This document shows, in pieces, positions 25,550-39,924 of a DNA stretch of 248,000 nucleotides. Each line of letters begins with the position of its first letter. Positions within the stretch are counted from its first letter, which is position 1. The notes under the pieces were generated by a model. The model was given only the letters and a program-made list of their open reading frames with translations. It made no database searches and was not told where the DNA came from. The position numbers and the translations under genes were made by a program. Source of the DNA: Wallemia ichthyophaga EXF-994 (Eukaryota; Fungi; Basidiomycota); assembly GCF_000400465.1 (NCBI RefSeq), contig NW_008806283.1, positions 20,001 to 268,000 of the forward strand, written 5' to 3'.

Positions 25550-27818
25550 ATGCCATTTGGTAAATCAACAAATGAGAATTTTATATATGGAATGTTTAAT
25601 TTCCAAGGGGAAGTTGACGATGAATTGAGTTTTAATTGTGGGGATATTATTTATATTATAGAGACAGACGAGGAATTTAAAGATGGTTGGTGGATTGGTA
25701 AATGCGAAAATGGTAATCAAGGTTTATTTCCTGAATCTTATACTTGTTGGTCTAAACCTATTGCCCCCGGTGTTGCTCCTGTTTCTGCCGTGGCCTCTGC
25801 GGCTTCCGTGACTGCCGTGGCTGATCAGGAACACCCAAAACAACCCCCACAACACACTCCCATCAATTCAACCATGTCTCAAATCGAAGACGCTATAAAC
25901 GACATCTCTACCAACCACCCTGACAATGAAAATCTTCTCGCTCCAATCGTTGAATCTACTAACTCAAACACTTCCTCACAAATCACCCTGGATCACTCTG
26001 ACAACGAAGATGATCCCATTAACGCAAATGCACGCTCCCTATTGGCGAAGAAGAACCTTAACCCTCCCACTTCCCTCCAATTCGGTAGCGATAGTGATGA
26101 AAATTTGACTCCTACTCATTCCCCTATTACTGATAATAATGAGCAATCAACTCCAAATCCTCCTTTTCAACCAGAAAATTCTTTTAACTCTTACAACTCA
26201 AACCAATCTCCTACTCCACCCTCTCCAAACACCGCAGACATCCCCAACTGGTCCCTCGACAACGTCCTTCATTGGGCTAAGCACAAAAATTTCGACGATT
26301 ACATATGTGAAAAACTTCTTCAACACGACATCTCCGGTGATGTTCTCCTCCAATTGGACACTGACTCCCTCAAAGAAATTGACATACTTGCTTTCGGTAA
26401 GCGTGTTAAACTTGCAAATGCTATTAAAGATTTGCGCATTTTAGCCGGTTTGGATCAGGGTGTTGATAACCATAAACGTGGTAGTGAGACATCCAAGTCA
26501 TCTGGTCATAACCAAACACCAATTAGCAACATCAACACCAGCAGCATCAACAACGCCCCATCTGACCCTCCTACTGCTGTCACAACCTCGCTACCCTCCC
26601 CACACTCTCAACCCGGGTTATCTCGCACCGCCTCAGCCACAAATTCCCTCCGAAGAGCTTTTAGTGGTCATAATTACAACTCAACTAACTCGCCCTCCTC
26701 AGCTACCTCACCCACCATCCAATCCCCTCTATCTCCTCGCACTCCCTCCCTCCGCAAACGCACTTCAGACTCCTCCGCCTTTTTCGGCGTCGGCAGTAAA
26801 GGCAACCCACGCAAACCTGCTCCTCGCTACAGTGGTGCCAGTAACGAGACTGAAAAGAGTGACAAGGAGGGTTGGTCAGCTGCCCGACTACTCGGATCAA
26901 AACGTTCATTGCGCAATATTAACGGCGGTGGTCGTCCTAGCACCTCGCCGCAACCGCAGCAATCCCAACCACAATCCTCATTCGCCAACAGAGTGTCTTT
27001 ATCTACTGACAATGCAAACACAAACACAAACACAAACGCAGACACTCGAAGGAGTGTAGTAGACCTCACCCACTTCCAATCTCGGGACGGTACAGCCCTA
27101 CAAAAAATAGGCGGGTGCGACTGCAAAGGGTGGTTAAAAAAGAGGGGGGAGAGGTATGGGTGGAAGATGCGCTACTTTGTTTTGAAAGGCTCGCAACTCT
27201 TCTACCTCAAGAACGAGAACGATACGCAATTGAAGGGCTTCATTCAGTTAAACGGCTTCAAGGTGCTCGCCGACGAATCTAACTCCTCCCGCCACCAATT
27301 CGCTTTCAAAATATCTCACGAACGTGAACGTGACACGCACCATTTTGCAAGTGAGGAGAAAAGCGTGACGAGAGAGTGGATGAATGCGCTCATGAAAGCC
27401 AGTATAGTGAGAGATATAGGAGGTGAGAGATGTGTTATGAGAGGCTTGCTATTTTCGTTACTAACGCCCTACTCCAGCTCCCGTCGTTAGTAGCTGCACT
27501 ATCCCTACTATCCCTCTGGATAAAGCGCAGACTATGTTTCCTCCACCCCGCCCTCCTTCGCCCACTTCTAGAGAGAGAGTGCAGAGAGCGAATGCACGCG
27601 ATAATCCTGACAGCCTCTCGCCGCAAGATGCACAGGTACTTATGGCCGGTGCGTCTGAGGGCGGTACTCAGGGTGGTAGTCACGGCAGTCATACTCGCGC
27701 TGGCGCTACTCACCCCTCTCACTCATCCCCCACTTACGAAAAGAAGCGCACTACCTCTTCTTCCTTTGGTAACCTGTCGAGCAGCTTCGGAAATGAGGAT
27801 CGAGACAAGGATTTTTAG
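25550..27818 (+). CDS. BOI1: Boi1/Pob1-like polarity protein (SH3-SAM-PH)
   Basis: SH3 (DELSF..GWW..GLFPESY), SAM, PH (GWLKKRG) domains. Confidence 0.85.
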
Positions 27819-28277
27819 TTTGATTGAGTGAGTGAAAGAGTGCTTGCGATGGTATAATCTTCTGCCGTGTTAGCGCTGTTTCTTTTTCTCACTTGCTATG
27901 CTTCTTGCTTCCTGCTTCTCATCTCCGTGCTTGCTCACTCACTGGCCCGCATAGTGTACTATCTATACCCCCCCCCACATTCTCTATTCATTTCCTAGCC
28001 AGCTCAAGTTCAATATTTATGTTACATACTTTAATTCCATGTCTTACGCCTTATAAGTTATTATTCTCACACATATCACAACTCGCAACTCAAACGTGAA
28101 TGGCGCTCATTCGGAGAGTGGTATGGGGCGTCTCGCATACCTACATAAATACACTCTTTCATTTTCACTTTGAGCTTTATCATTCTGAGCTGTGATATCA
28201 CCAAGTGACTCAACACTCATACTCATCAGTGTCAACTTTTCATAATAGGCGATATTGTACATTACAAACTAACTTTA

Positions 28278-29348
28278 CTATGCGATATGCTGCGATTGAT
28301 TGCTGGGGAGGGAAAGATTGCGATGCGATTGTGATTGTGATTGTGATTGTGATTGTGAATGCGATTGTGAATACGACTGCGACTCAATAAGGCTATAATC
28401 CTTATCACTACTCCCCTTGGCACACATTTCGGGCTTCCTGGGCAAATGCAACTGACTTAATTCTTCAGTCTTGATCTGCGAGATGTGGGGCAGGGAGCTT
28501 CTCCTAAGCCTGAGGCCCATTCCTAGCGCCTCAAGTATATCGGCCTGGATGAAGAAGAGTGCGAAAGCAATGATTCCGATACTGCCAAAGAGCTCTTCAT
28601 TTCTCGCCTCGTTGTGCGTTCCCGGCGCTAAAGTTTTGATGTGAAGCGCAATAGATATAAAAGAGTAGAAAAGAAAGAGCAAGAGACGCGCAGCAAGTTG
28701 AATGTTTACAGTCCAGCTCGTCTGGAGTAGACCGCGCTGAGCAGCGCGCATCCGACACAGCAGAAACGTAAGCCATACCGCTACAACGAGGACGAGAACC
28801 ATGAGAACGAGTGATACGCTTACGGAAGCATAAAGAAGTTTATTCGGCGGTCGTATGCTAGCATACAGTGGTGTGCGTATCAAGATGGATGAATGGGTGA
28901 TTGTCTCTACTAGAAACGCAATCACGAATGGAATGCCAAGTAAGTATGGTATCATTACTAACACCCTCGAATCAGCCCAGTAGAAGTAATGTGATACTCG
29001 CGTAGATAAGGCTATATTTGTTGACACCCAGAATTTCATTACTACCATTAAAGTCGTACTGGCATTCATCACCATTCCTGGTAGTCTTGATACGGCATTT
29101 GTTATTTCTAGTCCTGTCGGCGGATCGGGGTCGTAGATATGCCCCGTCCATAGAAGCACCGCGTCCATCCATAGTGTGACGCAGAAAACAAAGTAGAAAT
29201 TCAGTACGACGGCGTGTTTCTTGACATTGCGGGATGATAGCGTGAAAATGAATAGGAATAGATGTAGTGCACTGCCTGTGACTAGGAGTGAATAGTATGC
29301 CCGCAGTTGCGACTTTGAGGCAAGTGGCGGAATAGAATCTCCGTCCAT
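28278..29348 (-). CDS. Multi-pass membrane protein (about 7 TM)
   Basis: Several hydrophobic segments; no family recognised. Confidence 0.55.
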   Translation of the reverse strand: MDGDSIPPLASKSQLRAYYSLLVTGSALHLFLFIFTLSSRNVKKHAVVLNFYFVFCVTLWMDAVLLWTGHIYDPDPPTGLEITNAVSRLPGMVMNASTTLMVVMKFWVSTNIALSTRVSHYFYWADSRVLVMIPYLLGIPFVIAFLVETITHSSILIRTPLYASIRPPNKLLYASVSVSLVLMVLVLVVAVWLTFLLCRMRAAQRGLLQTSWTVNIQLAARLLLFLFYSFISIALHIKTLAPGTHNEARNEELFGSIGIIAFALFFIQADILEALGMGLRLRRSSLPHISQIKTEELSQLHLPRKPEMCAKGSSDKDYSLIESQSYSQSHSQSQSQSQSQSHRNLSLPSNQSQHIA

Positions 29349-30048
29349 GTGCTATAGCATGGAGTTTGGTGTTGTGTGTAATGTGTTGATGGGTGTGTAT
29401 CTGTACAAGTTTCTTAATGCGCAATGAATTTATCTAGCGAGTGAAAAATGTATTACACGATATTAATCTCAGACACGATCAGCCCTTGGCGGTGAAGAGA
29501 GCTGCGGATATCTAAGGCTGCAGATAATCTGCACATGAATTTCATCGTGGATGATATCGGATGTATTTATACTTTGTCTTTTGCCCTGTTTGCACTGAGA
29601 CACCTTTACCGGATGCTATGGATGAATGCTTTCAATGCTTTTTAGCGTGGATTTATTTTTAAATATAATAGCTTAAGGTATATTAAATAAGCCTGCTTGA
29701 TTACTTTCCTAAGAAGTACACCAACGCGATCTGGTCAATGCGAATACCGATGCGGATATCAATTAAAATCTCCACTTAGCTTCTCCTTAGAATTTGCAGC
29801 ATCTGCGGCAGCAGCAGCATAATTGATAATCTTCCACTGCCCTTCAGTCCAAAACAGCCCAATACAACCTAATACACCCTTATACTAGTAATAATCAATC
29901 GCTTTATAATTTATTACAACTAATCATCCACACTAAGCACTTCTGCTCCAGTCGGCTCTCTCCGCTCAGCTGCACTGACAAATCGGTCAAGTTCCGTGAT
30001 TGTATATATAAGCGACGACAAACGAAATCGTCTTACAACACCTCCAAT

Positions 30049-31368
30049 ATGACTGATAGACAACTATACAACACTAAGAACCTCCTCGAGCACCCAGAAT
30101 TCAGAATACTCAAAGAAAAGCCTGCCAAAGGCACTGGAAGAAATATAGCGCTCACATATGACGTTGATCATGTTAACAAGTTCGTCGAGAAGCCTCGATT
30201 TGATCCTGCACCAGGCCAAGTAGAAGTTAATGTTCGAGCGACTGGAATATGTGGATCGTGAGTGGTTTTACTGCCAATTTTCCCACCTAACACCAACACG
30301 TCATAAGTGATGTGCACTTTTCGCAGCATGGCCACATCGGCGATATGGTTGTGCGTTGCATTTGTGGTGCGGGACACGAGTCAAGTGGTAAATATATCAT
30401 TACTTTGGCGCGTTTTGGCTTATCGTGCGCACAGGTGAGGTCACCAGAGTCGGGCAAGGTGTTACAGAATGGAAGGCGGGCGATAGAGTAGCAATCGAAG
30501 CGGGCATCCCCTGTGGTAATTGTGAATTCTGTAAAGTAGGTCTCAGTCAGTTGATATCGACGTATCTGACCAACTCAACAGCTTGGAAGATACAACGCGT
30601 GCCAGAACGACATCTTTTTCAGCACACCGCCACACTTCGGTACAATGAGCCGCTATCACTTGCATCCAGCTGCGTGGCTACACAGGCTACCAGACTCGGT
30701 TTCGTTCGAAGAGGGTGCGCTCTGCGAACCGCTAACGGTCGCTATGGCCGGTATCTACCGCAGTGGATTGCGGTTAGGTGATGGCGTAGTCATCTGTGGA
30801 GCTGGACCTATTGGTTGGTCGGATATCTTCAACAGTAGCCAATCTAACAATTTACATAGGTCTGGTTACCCTCTTAGCAGCAAAAGCTGCCGGATCCATT
30901 CCAATAATCACCGATCTATCCCAATCACGTCTCGACTTCGCTAAGAAACTCGTCCCATCCGTCAAGACAGTCCTCATTGAGAGAGGTCAGACACCAAAAG
31001 ACATTGCGCAGAAAATCAAAGAGGAAGCTGGTATGCCTCTCACCCTGGCATTGGAGTGTACGGGTGTTGAGAGCAGCGTTCACGCCGCTATCTTTTCCAT
31101 GACGTTTGGTGGAAAGGTGTTCATCATCGGTGTGGGCAAAGACATACAGTCGATTCCATTCATGCATCTCTCCGCTAATGAAATCGACATCCAATTTCAA
31201 TATCGTTACGCTAATCAATATCCACGTGCTATTCGCTGCGTCGCTGAAGGCATGATCGACCTCAAGCCACTTGTGACGCACAGATTCGACCTCGAGGATG
31301 CCATGGATGCCTTCGATACCGCCGCTGATCCTAAAAGTGGCGCTATCAAGGTTCAGGTCCTGGACTAA
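30049..31368 (+). CDS. Zn-dependent polyol dehydrogenase (L-arabinitol 4-dehydrogenase-like)
   Basis: TGICGSDVH, GHES, CGAGPIG, FQYRYANQYP. Confidence 0.9.
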
Positions 31369-31604
31369 ACGGAGGATTTCTTGTATGATTTAGAATTCAT
31401 GATTAAATTTTTTAAAATTGGAGTGATCAGTGTGTTGATAGAACACGTTTGCTTGCAAGCAACAATTATGTCATGTATTAAGGTATAGGTAAGTAGTGCG
31501 AATATAATTAGCTAGTATTCCGTGTTTGTTGTATATGAATTGTTTTAAGAATTATCATGTGTTTGATGAAAATTTTTTTCCATGTCCAATCGAATAGGTT
31601 TCAC

Positions 31605-33759
31605 CTAATAAACCCATCGTGCCTCCGATGAATCTTGCATACGCGCTCTGATCTGATATCCGAGCAACTCCTGGCGGATGTTCACTGTCCTGTGAAACTT
31701 GATGTTGTTGCCTCTGATGGCTCTAAAGTTACCCTTGTTCATAGCGTAGCGCTTCTTTGGTACGCCTGATTGTTGGTCTTGATAAAATTCCTTCTGAGGC
31801 ATGGCTTCTAATAACCACCAGCTCTTAGCTATAGCTAGTTGATCGTTGATAGATGTCAAAGCTGAGATAGCAGAGATTAGTGGGCTGTATGGATGTAATG
31901 AAAAAGAGAGCTGTGTTTATAGTTCATCTCTCCTTCTTCTTTTCTACTCACAATCATAAACATCCTCGTGCTCCTCTGAAAGTTTAGAGCGGTCGTAGCG
32001 CTCGACGGGCACGTTCTCCATGTTTGGTTCCGGGGGGAAACCTTCTGGGACATTATATGCCGCCTCTTTTCGAGGCTTGACGATCGGATAAAGAGTGGAA
32101 AGGTCTAATCCGTAGTAATCGAGCAAGTGCGTATGAAACAGAATCCCACTACCTGATTTGAAAGATTGCCTGTACATCCAGCGCAGTGAGATTCTGTGCA
32201 ATGCATTTCTGGTCTCGTTCGAGACCGCTCCACCTGCTCACCGTTAGTTCTCCATTTTTCTCTGTCTTTCAAGTAATCCAAAACCTACCACCGACATCCG
32301 CGTGAGCGCCAAGGAAGTAAACTTCTTTGACCTTCGTATTGTCACGTATTTCGTCGTCTTTATCACTGGCGTAGGAATCGTGTTGCACAGGCAACTTGTA
32401 TAATTGCTGCAACAAATTCTGGATTTGAGGGTTGGTTCTGTCAATGCTGTCCAGGTCTACACGCTTAGTGCTGAAACGCGATTTGGCAGTTTGCTGACGC
32501 AGCTCGTCTATTCTGGAAAACAGCGCCTGTCTCATGTTCTCAATCTTTTCCCATGGATCAACCTCCTCCTCATGTTGACTATCTTTGTCGTCATCTTCGA
32601 GCTCGTTCACACTATGGTCGAATTTGATGTCGTGCTTTTTCTCTCGGTGATGAAACCACGAATCCTTGTTTGAGCGTTTCTCTTGCTCTTGTTCCTGAGT
32701 CCAATGACCTGCACGGAACTTGACGCGGTGCTTTTGCAAGTTTAGTAAGTAAGCAAATTAAACAAAATCAAACACACCTCATCTAACGCGACAGCGTGAG
32801 TAAAGTTTTTCACAATGTGATTGGAGTTTGTAAATGGCAGCTCTCTTGGGTAGAATCCAACGGAAGATACAGAATCCCATACTCCGATCCACTGTATATC
32901 CACATTTATCCCAAAGGTGGATTTGAAGAGCTTAGATTGATCGAAACCACGTTTGCTGTTGTCTTTGTACATGTCGTATGCGAACTGTACCTGTTGTAAA
33001 TTTCCTTTTGGAAGCAATCCCACTTTCAGCAGCATACCAGCCAAGCAACGGCAAGTATATGCACCTCTCGAGAAACCAATCATGCAAATTTTGTCACCAA
33101 TTCTGCCACTGTGTGAGATGACATCGTTTGTGCCGACAAAGAGCTTACCTATAATTCTCCATCAGGTACGTATATGCCTGCCTGACATGATGCCCCAGAC
33201 CGCTACCCACAGCCATGTCGCTGATATCACTAAGCTTGTTGGCCACAAAATTGGCGCGCTTGGTAGTTGAGTACGTTCCTAACCCACTTTGATAGTACAC
33301 GACCTGCTTCTCGGGCTCATCTTTCACCATACTCCTAAAGAAGCGTATGACGTTGGAGTTGTCATCGTCAAATTGATCGCCAGTGCCATCCAAACACAAA
33401 ACAATTGTACGGCCCTTATCGTCTTTGTTTTGATCGCGTATCGCCTTGAGGCGTTTGGGAACAACGTTGTCACCTCTAAAAAGGGCCTGTGGTTCATTTC
33501 TCGTCTTGGGAGGATTGATGATGAGCTGCTTGTCATTTTGGTAGTCCGAAGTGTCATTCGCTTCCAGATTAAGTGCCACATCGTAGCTGCGACCTTGAAA
33601 GTCTTTAACGTGTACAGTTTCAGTATTTGTCTCAAGAGACTTCTGAGTCGATTTGACCCGCTCTTTGAGTGATGGTTTATTAGATGGCTCATCGTTCCCC
33701 ACTTGCTGAGTTAAGTGAGAAATACTCTCAAGCTGTGTTGGTGAATCACCGCCGCTCAT
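31605..33759 (-). CDS. DUF2235 domain protein, multi-exon
   Basis: [41 protein letters not shown]. Confidence 0.85.
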
Positions 33760-35086
33760 TGTCGATTAATAAGACAGACAACGTCAAAGCAAGACTTATT
33801 GACACTGGAGCGAGAGCAGTCCCTGAGTAAGATTTTTAAATCTCCGCGGCTGTCCAAAGCGTTCCGCGGTTAAGGGAAGTAAATCTAATTAGAAAGACGT
33901 GGATTGAATTGACTAGGATTTGTCTAATTGGATTGCGCATTTTGACTCGCAAGTAGCTTCATCATAGTGTATATGTGGAGTAGGTAGCAGTCAGTAAAAC
34001 TCCAGCTCAAGCACAAGAATACGCCACCTTTCTCAATGGGGTATCATTTCATTGCAACTATACAAGTCTGCAGCGTTTTTGTTCTACGCACGGACATGTC
34101 CGCAACTCTCCTGCATAAGTCCTCATCCTTTGCATCTCCCACTTACTCCATGACCACCATCATTTAAACATAAAGTCGTTATAAGTTTTAATCCGCAGTA
34201 TATTTGACACACGTAAATCTCCACTTTGACCTCTGAGGACCCTGAGGATGAGATTGTTGGGAGCATCGCATAGTAGCAGACACGAGCATCCGGGACTTCT
34301 CAGAGGTTTCCTAAGCTTTTGCAAACACATAGCTGGGCACACTTGACTCACGTTGAGGTTTATCGAATCTATATTTATCGTAATTGGGAGAGCATATTAG
34401 GATATCTGTGTCTTCTAAGCAATCTCTTTACTTCCCTCCCTCACCTTAGGTTCTAGAGATTTAATCTGTTTTACATCATTCGGAGACCCTGCTTATGTCA
34501 TATGGCTATTTATACGCGATTCACGCCGCAATTTCAACCTACGCGAACCAAAATCTGCGATGTCGGAATGAGTATAAGTATGTATTCTCTTTTTCTGCGA
34601 AAACCCAGCACCAGAATTCGATAATTAAAGAAGCTGTGATCATTATGTCATTTCGGATGTTGTTGTAGTGGAGCAATATTCCTTTAACTTGAGCATTTCA
34701 CCGGGACAGACTCTTTAATATATTCACACTCATGCTGGATGCCAGAGTTGGTCTAATATAACTGAATTTAAGATACACCGAAAATTTGCTGGTGGTCCGT
34801 GCGCTCGTGAAAATTAAGAATACTTTCGAGAAACCTGCATCAAAAGTCCCTTTCAAAGATGATCTTTGGTCCATACCGAATTAGGAGACGTAAGTGAAAT
34901 TTCAAGACTAATTTGTCTTATTTGTTTGACATTTATACAGTGAAACATTGTGAGACTTATCCGGTAACTTAATTTACCGCGTATTATCACGCAATATGAT
35001 CGAAAAGGTTTCAGTCGCAGTCTTCCAGGTATAAAATCAGCTCCACTTACTCTTCTTCCAATCAGAACCATCACACTCTTTTGAAA

Positions 35087-35360
35087 ATGAAACTTTCTAT
35101 CTTTGTCGCCTCAGCCGCCATCGCCTCTGCAGCAGCAGTTCCAGTTGCTGTGCGTTGTTAACTTTTTATCTCGTAATATCAAGCTGAATTAACGACAGCG
35201 TGAAACCCAAGCTGTTCCAGACTTGCTCCAGAACCTTGGCTTGACTCAAGACCAACAATCAGTCCTCGGAAATTTGCTCAAGGATCTCGGTCTCGTACCA
35301 CAAGATTTATCTTCAAGCAAGCGTGAGGCTGCCATCTCAGAGATTCAAGCCGGCCTCTGA
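35087..35360 (+). CDS. Small secreted peptide precursor A1 (74 aa, one intron)
   Basis: MKLSIFVASAAIASAAAVPVA | intron 35150-35198 | RETQAVPDLLQNLGLTQDQQSVLGNLLKDLGLVPQDLSSSKREAAISEIQAGL*; absent from ORF track. Confidence 0.8.
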
Positions 35361-35879
35361 ATTGATGTTGACTCATGATTCCCTTTTTATAAAATTCTCA
35401 CATGGCTATAGGATTTAGCTATGATTTACTTTATATCATTGTAATGATTTTTCTACCATGACTTTACCAAATTAATTCAGTGTCTTTGATATTAGTTCTT
35501 ATAACGATAGCGTGTCGCCATCTGCTTGCAACAGAATAATTGCAAGTCATGCTGGTAGAGCGCTGCCATTCTATGTCTTTCCGCTCAATTGAAGCCATTT
35601 GCGGATAAACGACAAGCAACGTTCGACCAACGAAAATCAAGACTGCTCAAAACAGCCATGGAAAATCGATGAGAGCTCTGTCATTTCTGAGCAAGCTAAA
35701 TTTGTTTTATGCATAAGCTGGAGATTGCTAGCTCCGGGAAATACCTTGTCGCGTGTTCAGGGACACGCTTAGAAGGACCTTTTTATCTTTCTTTGCGGAA
35801 TTTGCGCAAAATCTCTTCAAGACGACATATAAGCTCTTCACTCGTTTGCAACACTCAATGCAGTGATATTCATCATTTA

Positions 35880-36050
35880 TGGCTCAACCATCGCTACACC
35901 AGAGTTACAGTAAGTGTCTGGCATTTTCAAAGCATGTGACTAACGCAAAGCTATAGCGCGATGGGCAAGCTGTCCCAGACCTTCTCGCTGCACTCGGGCT
36001 CACTCAAGATTATAAGGCTTCTTTACCAAGGTCGATGATTTTGTACCTAA
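35880..36050 (+). pseudogene. Pseudogene copy of secreted peptide A (near-identical to 43525 gene)
   Basis: About 130 nt nearly identical to 43562-43690 including the intron; 2-nt insertion before the donor, no in-frame ATG. Confidence 0.75.
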
Positions 36051-36849
36051 AGACTCAACAGCTGAACTTAGACACCCACTACACCACAACTCTAAAAAAA
36101 GATTGAAGTTTAGTAGGAATTTTAGTGCTGAAATTTGTATCCCTATTGCCAAAAGCAGCCAAAACACGTTCTCTGAAAGCCACTTAGCAGGCAATCTCAA
36201 ATTTGTGGGGAATTGAGCAGATGAAACAGGCGGTAATTTTCATTGATTAGTACAACCATACATTTTTATGGCGAAACGTGTGTTTTTGATGTGTAGTAAC
36301 GAAGCAAAGATAACGATTGATAGACTTTCAATAACAATATAGTGTTTAGAGTGCATTATGCATGAGTTTATCTCAAACTATCATCTTTAGTGGCAATGGT
36401 GTTGAGTGTAGTCTTGTTGCAGGTTTGCGGATTGCTTGGATATACATATGTAAGCAAAGCTCGCTATCGATAGCTAAATGTAATCGCACGTGGTGGAGTG
36501 ATACTCGATAACATCCACGTCCTAACACGCCTCAACGATTGCCACAAGGGAGACTCATGATCGCGTATGCTTACACAATCGCGAATGATTAATTATCATG
36601 CGATCGAAAGCATTGGGTTCAGAAAATTTTAGACGCAGCGATCAAATGACGGAAAATATTAGCTAAATTGTTTCACATCAGCCGCGCACATCAGCCGTCT
36701 TCAATGTATGCAGCTAACCTGAAGACCGACTGTCACAAAAAATTCCTGTTACAAATTAAGGCACAGCAGACTAGAAAATCACCGCTGAAAAATATCCGTA
36801 ATGTTAGAACCTTTCAAGACAACCCTCATGTTCCTTAAAATTTCTGGAA

Positions 36850-37074
36850 ATGAAACTCGGAATCCTCGCCGTTGTAGCCGCCATCTTAGTCTTGACCATT
36901 GCTGTACCAGCAGCCATGAGTGTGCAGATTTTCCTCTAGCTCAGTTGACCATGCCTTTGGAACGATGAAGATCTTATTGAAGAACTTGTCGATGTCGATG
37001 GAGTAGCCGAAGATTTCGGAGCAATATTGTCCCAGACCGCTAACACAAACAACTTGATTGCTGACAGACATTAA
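36850..37074 (+). CDS. Small secreted protein B1 (possibly pseudogene)
   Basis: MKLGILAVVAAILVLTIAVPAA signal; expected donor reads ATGAGT; acidic second exon. Confidence 0.45.
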
Positions 37075-37264
37075 TGACTAGAATGTCAATGTGGATCTAA
37101 TCAACGCTTAGTGTTTTTAAATATATTTCGGATCTTTGGATTATCAGTCAATTTCTATACGTACGTCTCAAATTCGGGATGATCAATTCTATATTAGTGA
37201 AATGACGAATTGTTACAGGTCAATGAAGTATGTTATGTGCAAATTTTCAATGCGAGCCTCTCAC

Positions 37265-39293
37265 TTACGCCTTCAAGTTAAACCCAGCGAATAAATCCGA
37301 CAACTCATCTTCATCAGCTTGTGGCAGAGGAATATCTTTAGCTTTCTCGGCTACATCGGTCGGTGGTTTGGGTTGTGCTAGTTGTGATGATGGTGCTGCC
37401 TTTCGTCTCGCTGGGACAACTTTCGGCACTGGAGGTTTAGTGATGCGGGATGGTTTTGCAGCTTTTGTCTCGCCCGCTGGTGGGGGCTTGTTTGGCGGTG
37501 CATTCGGCCGCGACGAGACCACCTTCCTCTTTTGTAAAACCTTCGTAGGCGCACCTTTTTCATTCTTCTTCTCCTTTAGTGCGCCCACCGTTCCTTTGTC
37601 CTTCTTCGTGTCAGTTGACTTTGTGGGCGCTCTCCTTGCTTTCTGGCCCTTGTCCTCGACTTCCTCTTGAACCTTGTCCTTCTCTGTATCCTTCTCCTCG
37701 TCTTTACCACTACTGCCAATGTCCTTGCTTTTATTGTTCTTGCCTCCGTTGCTGTCATAATCCTCATCTTTATTAGCGCTGCTCTCACTCTGCTGTTTCT
37801 TGAGCGAGTTCCTCTCCTGGATATTGAGGATCTTGGCACGTACACCTGCGGCCATAGTTCTTCCAGTAGGCTTTTCCTGAGTCTCTTTACCATTAGACTG
37901 GAGTGGTTTCACCGCGAAGCGTGTATATCCAGCTGTTGAGGAGGTAGGTTGATCTGAAGCCTTCTGCTCCGTCTTCCTCAGTCCGATACCGGCAGCTGGG
38001 CGTCTAGGACCACTTGTGCTCGAGCCGACTGTGCTGCTACTACCACTACCACCGCCACCTGCACCACTGCTACTACCACTAAGCTTGGATATCGGCCTAC
38101 GTGCACCTGTGGTAGCTGTAGGAGTAGTGCTTCGCGGCCTCTCTGATGATTTTGACGACGAAGATGCAGGTTTGGTGGGCTGAGATACCACCCTGGATGG
38201 ACCACTGGTTGCAGTGGTCGGATGTCGCTGCTCTTGGGTGGATGAAGACAGCGACCGGGATGGTAGTGGAGGTACTTGGGGTGCAGGCTGCGAAGATTGG
38301 GCAGATTGTGCTGCTGATGTAGATTTTGAGAAGCGGACTGCACCAGTGTCACTGTTGGTATTGCTTGTACTTGCACTAGACTGCGTCGGTCGCAACGGGC
38401 CACCTGTACTGCTTGAAAGAGGCTCATTCTCATCATTGTCGGTGTCCAGGTGTTCTATTCTTTCGCGCTGTGGGCGTTGTGCTGGTGCAGGTGGCAAGGA
38501 AGGTTTTTTAGATTGATTAGCATTTCTTGGTGCGATCTGCAAGTATTTTCGTATAGTTGGAGTGAGTGGGTCAGTGAATTGATCCACTCTGTCAACGAAT
38601 TTGAGAGTGTACAGACCGTAAATACGCTTCGAAATAGCGCGTACATCGGCATTTGAGTCGGTGGCGCAAGCGCGCATAATAGTTTCGATATCAGTGATAC
38701 GAGATTTGAGAGATTGAGTGTCATAGCTCTCGATTGCAGTCAAGAGACCTTCAACTACAGCCAAACGCAAAGACTGAGCTTTGTCAGAGTAAGCATTTCT
38801 AAGGTGAGGGATGATTGAGGGTAGCCTAGTAGATGAAATGATAGTAATCAAGCATTTCTTAGCGCGTACTACGTATATCTTAGTACTCTTTGAAGTGAGT
38901 TTAAGTAGAGTTGGAATGAAAGTGGCACAGAAGGAATCAAAGAGTGAACCAAGCCGTGGTGCTATTATCGATAAGCAATCAACAGCCGCTGACATCACTC
39001 TTGATCTCTCACTGTTCAAAGCCCTAAGGAATCCCTCAGAGTGATTGCGTAGGATCTCCAAATAGATTGAATGCTTGTACCCGCCGCCGTTGGTAACAGC
39101 TGCTAACACTTTTAAAGAGTTCTCAATTTTATCCCAATTCTCCTCATTCTCGTGTAAGTTTAAGCTGGAAATTGCTGTAATCTTAGTTTCTAGTGCGGCT
39201 TCCGAATTCGTCTGCGAAAAAGAAATTAACAGATTTGAAGTAAGTGAAGAAAACACAAACCTCTATCACATCAGGCACCTGCTTCATTCCCAT
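37265..39293 (-). CDS. STU1: CLASP/Stu1-like microtubule protein
   Basis: HEAT/CLASP_N: ENEENWDKIENSL, SERSRVMSAAVDC, low-complexity tail. Confidence 0.75.
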
Positions 39294-39924
39294 AATCGGG
39301 GCGTTTGATTTATATCGCCGTCGTTGTACTCTTGATAGAAGCGCAACGCGTATTTACTCAATTTGGTAAATACAATTTGCTCATCGAGTAAAATAGTAGT
39401 AGTTGTCTCCTTGTATTACGCGTTAAATCACTTTCATTCTCATCGAAATATCCCCCTTATCTCTAACTTCCAGTCGAATTAGCTGAATAACGTAAAATAT
39501 TGGAATATAAGCTCAAATAACAACATTTTATCTAAATATAATTGCATCTCAATAATCCCTATCAAATGAGCTACTCGAACGTTTTATGCTTAGCTCCCGC
39601 GATCAATTCCGCTGCACCTCAACCTTTGGCAATAAAGTAGGCTGCTAAAATTTTGCAATACACACATATTCTGTTTTATAAGTGCTTCAAATGCATAATA
39701 TCGTCTGCAATGGTCATGACTTTATCTGAAAATTTTGCGAGCTGTAGTATAATGTCTCAATATCAATCAAGACCCAGTCATTACACGTCTCTGCCGTCTG
39801 CAAGTGTTCTTTTTATCGATGGTCCCTGGACCTTCCACGTCATATTGAGGCACTTAGAAAGGCATCCACGATATCAAGATTGATCGTACAATACAACTTC
39901 CACCCTTTTGCTTTGTCTAAATCA